NCBI GenBank assembly: GCA_964016885.1 | Contig: OZ024741.1 | Coordinates: 47,058,001 to 47,122,000, forward strand | DNA from: Eledone cirrhosa | Lineage: Eukaryota | Direction of reading: 5' to 3' | DNA length: 64,000 nt | Part shown: positions 53,601 to 64,000 of the stretch, piece by piece | Position numbering within the stretch: position 1 is the first letter of the stretch | How the letters are laid out: each line of letters starts with the position of its first letter | The notes under the pieces: generated by a model | Told to the model about the DNA's origin: nothing | Seen by the model: the letters and a program-made list of their open reading frames with translations, nothing else | Databases searched by the model: none | Translations under genes and position numbers: made by a program

Positions 53601-56600
53601 AATATTCCTAAATTATTCTTTAATGCCTTAAATAAATGCTTCCCTCCCTCACATATCTATAGTAAAATATTTAACAAACACACTATAACTAGAACTCCCT
53701 ACCAAATATCTGCTGCACAAAAGGGGAGGGCCAGCAGCTGACAATAAATGTAGGCTATGTAAAACAAAGATAGAGGATGTAAGCCACATTGTTGCCAGCT
53801 GCGAAAGGAAGCCATCTTGGAAAGGGAACTAAAAGGGAACTTCTATACCAAGGAACATAACTTTCTCGATCATTTATTTAATTCTAGAAGAAATCCTCCT
53901 TCCAACAAAAATCTAGTGCAATTCGAGGAGGAGTTAACTAACATTATAAAAAATCTTAAATTCAAAAGAAACCCTTACAACCTTGTAAATCTCAAGAACA
54001 CGATTTTAAACCTAAATTCCCCCCAAAATGTTTTAGTCCACTCCGACAAAACAAATAATTTATATGGTATATCTAAGGATAACTATAACAACCTTATCCT
54101 TAAGGAACTTAGGAAAAAATATCGCAAAACCAACCCTGATAATTTAGAATCCATAAACTTTGAAGCTTCTGAGATTATGTCAAAACTTGGCATCGAAAAA
54201 AAGACCGAACCATTCCTCCCAAGAACTCCGAGGATAAATCTCAAGGATCACAAAAACAACTTTCGTACTGAACTACCTGTTAGACTAATCTCCCCCTCTA
54301 AATTGGATCTGGGGGTTGTTAGCAAAGCCATCTTGGATAGAATTATCCCACAGGTTCGTTCTAATTGCTCTACTTCGAACTTAAATTTATGGTTTGGTAC
54401 TTCTGAAGTGATTGGCTGGTTCAACAAATTGAATAAGAAAAACAAAAATTTATTCAATTTGATATTGCCAGCTACCATTCTTCTATTTCGCCCTCACTTC
54501 TCAACAATGCTCTATCTTTCGCTTACAAATATTCAGACATCACCACAGATGAACTTCACATCATTCTCACCGCATGTAAAACCATCCTAGAGTTCAACAA
54601 TGAATATTGAACCAGAGCTGATACCTCTAACAACTTTGACATTACAATGGGTGCATCCGATTCATCCCAATTGACAGATTTAATTGGTTATCTTTATTTT
54701 GAACTCTTTGAGTCGGAAAATTCCTCAACTTCGCGGTGGAATTTATCGGCACGATGGACTTTTTACTATCTTAAATTGCAACATAGTTAACCTTAATATT
54801 ATTAAGAACAATATACGTAATCTCTTTAACCAACATAACTTAAAAATTGAATTTGATAACAACATCAAACTAGCTAACTTCTTGGATGTATCTCTTAATC
54901 TTGACACTGGCCTATATTACCCTTACCATAAAAACAATGAGAATCTAAATTATGTTAATTTTAAATCCAACCACCCCACTAATATTAAGAATGCTATAGT
55001 TAGTAATATTGGAAAAAGAATATCCAACCTATCATCTAATAAAAACATCTTTGATTCTAACACCAATTACTATAATAACGTGCTTTCTAAAGCCGGTTAT
55101 CCTGATAAAATCAAATACAGTAAAGAAACAAATCCTAGAAGACCTTACAGTAAAATAATTAATCATGATCATTCCATTAACTTTAATAAAAGACTTAGAT
55201 ACAAAAACATAATCTGGTATAATGCTCTTTTCTCCATCTCTATTAATAATAATATTCCTAAATTATTCTTTAATGCCTTAAATAAATGCTTCCCTCCCTC
55301 ACATATCTATAGTAAAATATTTAACAAACACACTATAACTAGAACTCCCTACCAAATATCTGCTGCACAAAAGGGGAGGGCCAGCAGCTGACAATAAATG
55401 TAGGCTATGTAAAACAAAGATCGAGGATGTAAGCCACATTGTTGCCAGCTGCGAAAGGAAGCCATCTTGGAAAGGGAACTTCTATACCAAGGAACATAAC
55501 TTTCTCGATCATTTATTTAATTCTAGAAGAAATCCTCCTTCCAACAAAAATCTAGTGCAATTCGAGGAGGAGTTAACTAACATTATAAAAAATCTTAAAT
55601 TCAAGAGAAATCCTTACAGAGGACAAGAGCACCTTGTAAATCTCAAGAACACGATTTTAAACCTAAATTCCCCCGAAAATGTTTTAGTCCACTCCGACAA
55701 AACAAATAATTTATATGGTATATCTAAGGATAACTATAACAACCTTATCCTTAAGGAACTTAGGAAAAAATATCGCAAAACCAACCCTGATAATTTAGAA
55801 TCCATAAACTTTGAAGCTTCTGAGATTATGTCAAAACTTGGCATCGAAAAAAAGACCGAACCATTCCTCCCAAGAACTCCGAGGATAAATCTCAAGGATC
55901 ACAAAAACAACTTTCGTACTGAACTACCTGTTAGACTAATCGCCCCCTCTAAATTGGATCTGGGGGTTGTTAGCAAAGCCATCTTGGATAGAATTATCCC
56001 ACAGGTTCGTTCTAATTGCTCTACTTCGAACTTAAATTTATGGTTTGGTACTTCTGAAGTGATTGGCTGGTTCAACAAATTGAATAAGAAAAACAAACAA
56101 AAATTTATTCAATTTGATATTGCCAGCTACTATTCTTCTATTTCGCCCTCACTTCTCAACAATGCTCTATCTTTCGCTTACAAATATTCAGACATCACCA
56201 CAGATGAACTTCACATCATTCTCACCGCATGTAAAACCATCCTAGAATTCAACAATGAATATTGAACCAGAGCTGATACCTCTAACAACTATGACATTAC
56301 AATGGGTGCATCCGATTCATCCCAATTGACAGATTTAATTGGTTATCTTTATTTTGAACTCTTTGAGTCGGAAAATTCCTCAACTTCGCAGTGGAATTTA
56401 TCGGGACGATGGACTTTTTACTATCTTAAATTGCAACATAGTTAACCTTAATATTATTAAGAACAATATACGTAATCTCTTTAACCAACATAACTTAAAA
56501 ATTGAATTTGATAACAACATCAAACTAGCTAACTTCTTGGATGTATCTCTTAATCTTGACACTGGCCTATATTACCCTTACCATAAAAACAATGAGAATC

Positions 56601-59600
56601 TAAATTATGTTAATTTTAAATCCAACCACCCCACTAATATTAAGAATGCTATAGTTAGTAATATTGGAAAAAGAATATCCAACCTATCATCTAATAAAAA
56701 CATCTTTGATTCTAACACCAATTACTATAATAACGCGCTTTCTAAAGCCGGTTATCCTGATAAAATCAAATACAGTAAAGAAACAAATCCTAGAAGACCT
56801 TACAGTAAAATAATTAATCATGATCATTCCATTAACTTTAATAAAAGACTTAGATACAAAAACATAATCTGGTATAATGCTCTTTTCTCCATCTCTATTA
56901 ATAATAATATTCCTAAATTATTCTTTAATGCCTTAAATAAATGCTTCCCTCCCTCACATATCTATAGTAAAATATTTAACAAACACACTATAACTAGAAC
57001 TCCCTACCAAATATCTGCTGCACAAAAGGGGAGGGCCAGCAGCTGACAATAAATGTAGGCTATGTAAAACAAAGATCGAGGATGTAAGCCACATTGTTGC
57101 CAGCTGCGAAAGGAAGCCATCTTGGAAAGGGAACTTCTATACCAAGGAACATAACTTTCTCGATCATTTATTTAATTCTAGAAGAAATCCTCCTTCCAAC
57201 AAAAATCTAGTGCAATTCGAGGAGGAGTTAACTAACATTATAAAAAATCTTAAATTCAAGAGAAATCCTTACAGAGGACAAGAGCACCTTGTAAATCTCA
57301 AGAACACGATTTTAAACCTAAATTCCCCCAAAAATGTTTTAGTCCACTCCGACAAAACAAATAATTTATATGGTATATCTAAGGATAACTATAACAACCT
57401 TATCCTTAAGGAACTTAGGAAAAAATATCGCAAAACCAACCCTGATAATTTAGAATCCATAAACTTTGAAGCTTCTGAGATTATGTCAAAACTTGGCATC
57501 GAAAAAAAGACCGAACCATTCCTCCCAAGAACTCCGAGGATAAATCTCAAGGATCACAAAAACAACTTTCGTACTGAACTACCTGTTAGACTAATCGCCC
57601 CCTCTAAATTGGATCTGGGGGTTGTTAGCAAAGCCATCTTGGATAGAATTATCCCACAGGTTCGTTCTAATTGCTCTACTTCGAACTTAAATTTATGGTT
57701 TGGTACTTCTGAAGTGATTGGCTGGTTCAACAAATTGAATAAGAAAAACAAACAAAAATTTATTCAATTTGATATTGCCAGCTACTATTCTTCTATTTCG
57801 CCCTCACTTCTCAACAATGCTCTATCTTTCGCTTACAAATATTCAGACATCACCACAGATGAACTTCACATCATTCTCACCGCATGTAAAACCATCCTAG
57901 AATTCAACAATGAATATTGAACCAGAGCTGATACCTCTAACAACTATGACATTACAATGGGTGCATCCGATTCATCCCAATTGACAGATTTAATTGGTTA
58001 TCTTTATTTTGAACTCTTTGAGTCGAAAAATTCCTCAACTTCGCAGTGGAATTTATCGGGACGATGGACTTTTTACTATCTTAAATTGCAACATAGTTAA
58101 CCTTAATATTATTAAGAACAATATACGTAATCTCTTTAACCAACATAACTTAAAAATTGAATTTGATAACAACATCAAACTAGCTAACTTCTTGGATGTA
58201 TCTCTTAATCTTGACACTGGCCTATATTACCCTTACCATAAAAACAATGAGAATCTAAATTATGTTAATTTTAAATCCAACCACCCCACTAATATTAAGA
58301 ATGCTATAGTTAGTAATATTGGAAAAAGAATATCCAACCTATCATCTAATAAAAACAGCTTTGATGCTAACACCAATTACTATAATAACGCGCTTTCTAA
58401 AGCCGGTTATCCTGATAAAATCAAATACAGTAAAGAAACAAATCCTAGAAGACCTTACAGTAAAATAATTAATCATGATTATTCCATTAACTTTAATAAA
58501 AGACCTAGATACAAAAACATAATCTGGTATAATGCTCTTTTCTCCATCTCTATTAATAATAATATTCCTAAATTATTCTTTAATGCCTAAAATGAATGCT
58601 TCCCACCCTCACATATCTATAGTAAAATATTTAACAAACACACTATAAAATTTAAAAACATAATCTGGTATAATGCTCTTTTCTCCATCTCTATTAATAA
58701 TAATATTCCTAAATTATTCTTTAATGCCTTAAATAAATGCTTCCCTCCCTCACATATCTATAGTAAAATATTTAACAAACACACTATAACTAGAACTCCC
58801 TACCAAATATCTGCTGCACAAAAGGGGAGGGCCAGCAGCTGACAATAAATGTAGGCTATGTAAAACAAAGATCGAGGATGTAAGCCACATTGTTGCCAGC
58901 TGCGAAAGGAAGCCATCTTGGAAAGGGAACTAAAAGGGAACTTCTATACCAAGGAACATAACTTTCTCGATCATTTATTTAATTCTAGAAGAAATCCTCC
59001 TTCCAACAAAAATCTAGTGCAATTCGAGGAGGAGTTAACTAACATTATAAAAAATCTTAAATTCAAGAGAAACCCTTACAGAGGACAAGAGCACCTTGTA
59101 AATCTCAAGAACACGATTTTAAACCTAAATTCCCCCAAAAATGTTTTAGTCCACTCCGACAAAACAAATAATTTATATGGTATATCTAAGGATAACTATA
59201 ACAACCTTATCCTTAAGGAACTTAGGAAAAAATATCGCAAAACCAACCCTGATAATTTAGAATCCATAAACTTTGAAGCTTCTGAGATTATGTCAAAACT
59301 TGGCATCGAAATAAAGACCGAACCATTCCTCCCAAGAACTCTGAGGATAAATCTCAAGGATCACAAAAACAACTTTCGTACTGAACTACCTGTTAGACTA
59401 ATCGCCCCCTCTAAATTGGATCTGGGGGTTGTTAGCAAAACCATCTTCGATAGAATTATCCCACAGGTTCGTTCTAATTGCTCTACTTCGAACTTAAATT
59501 TATGGTTTGGTACTTCTGAAGTGATTGGCTGGTTCAACAAATTGAATAAGAAAAACAAACAAAAATTTATTCAATTTGATATTGCCAGCTACCATTCTTC

Positions 59601-62600
59601 TATTTTGCCCTCACTTCTCAACAATGCTCTATCTTTCGCTTACAAATATTCAGACATCACCACAGATGAACTTCACATCATTCTCACCGCATGTAAAACC
59701 ATCCTAGAGTTCAACAATGAATATTGAACCAGAGCTGATACCTCTAACAACTTTGACATTACAATGGGTGCATCCGATTCATCCCAATTGACAGATTTAA
59801 TTGGTTATCTTTATTTTGAACTCTTTGAGTCGGAAAATTCCTCAACTTCGCGGTGGAATTTATCGGCACGATGGACTTTTTACTATCTTAAATTGCAACA
59901 TAGTTAACCTTAATATTATTAAGAACAATATACGTAATCTCTTTAACCAACATAACTTAAAAATTGAATTTGATAACAACATCAAACTAGCTAACTTCTT
60001 GGATGTATCTCTTAATCTTGACACTGGCCTATATTACCCTTACCATAAAAACAATGAGAATCTAAATTATGTTAATTTTAAATCCAACCACCCCACTAAT
60101 ATTAAGAATGCTATAGTTAGTAATATTGGAAAAAGAATATCCAACCTATCATCTAATAAAAACATCTTTGATTCTAACACCAATTACTATAATAACGCGC
60201 TTTCTAAAGCCGGTTATCCTGATAAAATCAAATACAGTAAAGAAACAAATCCTAGAAGACCTTACAGTAAAATAATTAATCATGATCATTCCATTAACTT
60301 TAATAAAAGACTTAGATACAAAAACATAATCTGGTATAATGCTCTTTTCTCCATCTCTATTAATAATAATATTCCTAAATTATTCTTTAATGCCTTAAAT
60401 AAATGCTTCCCTCCCTCACATATCTATAGTAAAATATTTAACAAACACACTATAACTAGAACTCCCTACCAAATATCTGCTGCACAAAAGGGGAGGGCCA
60501 GCAGCTGACAATAAATGTAGGCTATGTAAAACAAAGATCGAGGATGTAAGCCACATTGTTGCCAGCTGCGAAAGGAAGCCATCTTGGAAAGGGAACTAAA
60601 AGGGAACTTCTATACCAAGGAACATAACTTTCTCGATCATTTATTTAATTCTAGAAGAAATCCTCCTTCCAACAAAAATCTAGTGCAATTCGAGGAGGAG
60701 TTAACTAACATTATAAAAAATCTTAAATTCAAGAGAAACCCTTACAGAGGACAAGAGCACCTTGTAAATCTCAAGAACACGATTTTAAACCTAAATTCCC
60801 CCAAAAATGTTTTAGTCCACTCCGACAAAACAAATAATTTATATGGTATATCTAAGGATAACTATAACAACCTTATCCTTAAGGAACTTAGGAAAAAATA
60901 TCGCAAAACCAACCCTGATAATTTAGAATCCATAAACTTTGAAGCTTCTGAGATTATGTCAAAACTTGGCATCGAAAAAAAGACCGAACCATTCCTCCCA
61001 AGAACTCTGAGGATAAATCTCAAGGATCACAAAAACAACTTTCGTACTGAACTACCTGTTAGACTAATCGCCCCCTCTAAATTGGATCTGGGGGTTGTTA
61101 GCAAAACCATCTTCGATAGAATTATCCCACAGGTTCGTTCTAATTGCTCTACTTCGAACTTAAATTTATGGTTTGGTACTTCTGAAGTGATTGGCTGGTT
61201 CAACAAATTGAATAAGAAAAACAAACAAAAATTTATTCAATTTGATATTGCCAGCTACCATTCTTCTATTTTGCCCTCACTTCTCAACAATGCTCTATCT
61301 TTCGCTTACAAATATTCAGACATCACCACAGATGAACTTCACATCATTCTCACCGCATGTAAAACCATCCTAGAGTTCAACAACGAATATTGAACCAGAG
61401 CTGATACCTCTAACAACTTTGACATTACAATGGGTGCATCCGATTCATCCCAATTGACAGATTTAATTGGTTATCTTTATTTTGAACTCTTTGAGTCGGA
61501 AAATTCCTCAACTTCGCGGTGGAATTTATCGGCACGATGGACTTTTTACTATCTTAAATTGCAACATAGTTAACCTTAATATTATTAAGAACAATATACG
61601 TAATCTCTTTAACCAACATAACTTAAAAATTGAATTTGATAACAACATCAAACTAGCTAACTTCTTGGATGTATCTCTTAATCTTGACACTGGCCTATAT
61701 TACCCTTACCATAAAAACAATGAGAATCTAAATTATGTTAATTTTAAATCCAACCACCCCACTAATATTAAGAATGCTATAGTTAGTAATATTGGAAAAA
61801 GAATATCCAACCTATCATCTAATAAAAACATCTTTAATGCTAACACCAATTACTATAATAACGCGCTTTCTAAAGCCGGTTATCCTGATAAAATCAAATA
61901 CAGTAAAGAAACAAATCCTAGAAGACCTTACAGTAAAATAATTAATCATGATCATTTCATTAACTTTAATAAAAGACTTAGATACAAAAACATAATCTGG
62001 TATAATGCTCTTTTCTCCATCTCTATTAATAATAATATTCCTAAATTATTCTTTAATGCCTTAAATAAATGCTTCCCTCCCTCACATATCTATAGTAAAA
62101 TATTTAACAAACACACTATAACTAGAACTCCCTACCAAATATCTGCTGCACAAAAGGGGAGGGCCAGCAGCTGACAATAAATGTAGGCAATGTAAAACAA
62201 AGATCGAGGATGTAAGCCACATTGTTGGCAGCTGCGAAAGGAAGCCATCTTGGAAAGGGAACTTCTATACCAAGGAACATAACTTTCTCGATCATTTATT
62301 TAATTCTAGAAGAAATCCTCCTTCCAACAAAAATCTAGTGCAATTCGAGGAGTTAACTAACATTATAAAAAATCTTAAATTCAAGAGAAACCTTTACAGA
62401 GGACAAGAGCACCTTGTAAATCTCAAGAACACGATTTTAAACCTAAATTCCCCCAAAAATGTTTTAGTCCACTCCAACAAAACAAATAATATATATGGTA
62501 TATCTAAGGATAACTATAACAACCTTATCCTTAAGGAACTTAGGAAAAAATATCGCAAAACCAACCCTGATAATTTAGAATCCATAAACTTTGAAGCTTC

Positions 62601-64000
62601 TGAGATTATGTCAAAACTTGGCATCGAAAAAAAGACCGAACCATTCCTCCCAAGAACTCCGAGGATAAATCTCAAGGATCACAAAAACAACTTTCGTACT
62701 GAACTACCTGTTAGACTAATCGCCCCCTCTAAATTGGATCTGGGGGTTGTTAGCAAAGCCATCTTCGATAGAATTATCCCACAGGTTCGTTCTAATTGCT
62801 CTACTTCGAACTTAAATTTATGGTTTGGTACTTCTGAAGTGATTGGCTGGTTCAACAAATTGAATAAGAAAAACAAACAAAAATTTATTCAATTTGATAT
62901 TGCCAGCTACTATTCTTCTATTTCGCCCTCACTTCTCAACAATGCTCTATCTTTCGCTTACAAATATTCAGACATCACCACAGATGAACTTCACATCATT
63001 CTCACCGCATGTAAAACCATCCTAGAATTCAACAATGAATATTGAACCAGAGCTGATACCTCTAACAACTATGACATTACAATGGGTGCATCCGATTCAT
63101 CCCAATTGACAGATTTAATTGGTTATCTTTATTTTGAACTCTTTGAGTCGAAAAATTCCTCAACTTCGCAGTGGAATTTATCGGCACGATGGACTTTTTA
63201 CTATCTTAAATTGCAACATAGTTAACCTTAATATTATTAAGAACAATATACGTAATCTCTTTAACCAACATAACTTAAAAATTGAATTTGATAACAACAT
63301 CAAACTAGCTAACTTCTTGGATGTATCTCTTAATCTTGACACTGGCCTATATTACCCTTACCATAAAAACAATGAGAATCTAAATTATGTTAATTTTAAA
63401 TCCAACCACCCCACTAATATTAAGAATGCTATAGTTAGTAATATTGGAAAAAGAATATCCAACCTATCATCTAATAAAAACAGCTTTGATGCTAACACCA
63501 ATTACTATAATAACGCGCTTTCTAAAGCCGGTTATCCTGATAAAATCAAATACAGTAAAGAAACAAATCCTAGAAGACCTTACAGTAAAATAATTAATCA
63601 TGATTATTCCATTAACTTTAATAAAAGACGTAGATACAAAAACATAATCTGGTATAATGCTCTTTTATCCATCTCTATTAATAATAATATTCCTAAATTA
63701 TTCTTTAATGCCTAAAATGAATGCTTCCCACCCTCACATATCTATAGTAAAATATTTAACAAACACACTATAAAATTTAAAAACATAATCTGGTATAATG
63801 CTCTTTTCTCCATCTCTATTAATAATAATATTCCTAAATTATTCTTTAATGCCTTAAATAAATGCTTCCCTCCCTCACATATCTATAGTAAAATATTTAA
63901 CAAACACACTATAACTAGAACTCCCTACCAAATATCTGCTGCACAAAAGGGGAGGGCCAGCAGCTGACAATAAATGTAGGCTATGTAAAACAAAGATCGA
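53601..64000 (+). repeat. Head-to-tail tandem array (>6 units of 1650-1796 bp) of a chimeric Naiad-RT fragment (family D) + 117-bp R4 fragment; runs off the window
   Basis: R4-derived block AGAACTCCCTACC...GCGAAAG starts at 53691, 55341, 56996, 58792, 60458, 62124, 63917; the intervening sequence encodes SDKT, FIQFDIASY, TMGAS, YR(D/H)D, NFLDV, SNHP. Confidence 0.96.

Noticed and set aside
56263-56265. In-frame TGA shared by all array units, considered as selenocysteine because some Naiads are reported to encode selenoproteins
   Set aside because: Aligns to Trp in homologues here (EYWTR, HWTR, YWVR), not Cys, and is followed by a shared frameshift; a simple TGG-to-TGA nonsense change. The TGA near the end of PLE C likewise aligns to Arg

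Overview
Gene-free, AT-rich eukaryotic (animal) repeat region made almost entirely of nested transposable elements separated by long (TA)n/(TACA)n microsatellites. The repeat families and microsatellite load resemble a coleoid cephalopod such as Octopus, but this is inference only. Recognisable elements: a maT-type (DD37D) Tc1/mariner, a Helitron Rep-Pif1 remnant, RTE LINE fragments with two RTE-dependent short repeat families, four distinct Penelope-like (Naiad-type) retroelement families, a Tx1/L1 LINE interrupted by a Mag-like Ty3/Gypsy element with an inverted integrase segment, and two R4/Dong-like RLE LINE copies. A >10-kb tandem array at the right end has a ~1.66-kb unit that fuses a Naiad RT fragment to 117 bp of the neighbouring R4 LINE. 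All TE ORFs are disrupted. The main non-obvious signal is a set of self-cleaving-ribozyme-like motifs: a canonical minimal hammerhead ending a ~2-kb non-coding element, a U3:A8 core-variant hammerhead, hammerhead cores with ~65-80-nt domain-II insertions, and an HDV-like fold at the 5' end of an RTE-derived short element. All structures were folded by eye; none has been computed or tested.
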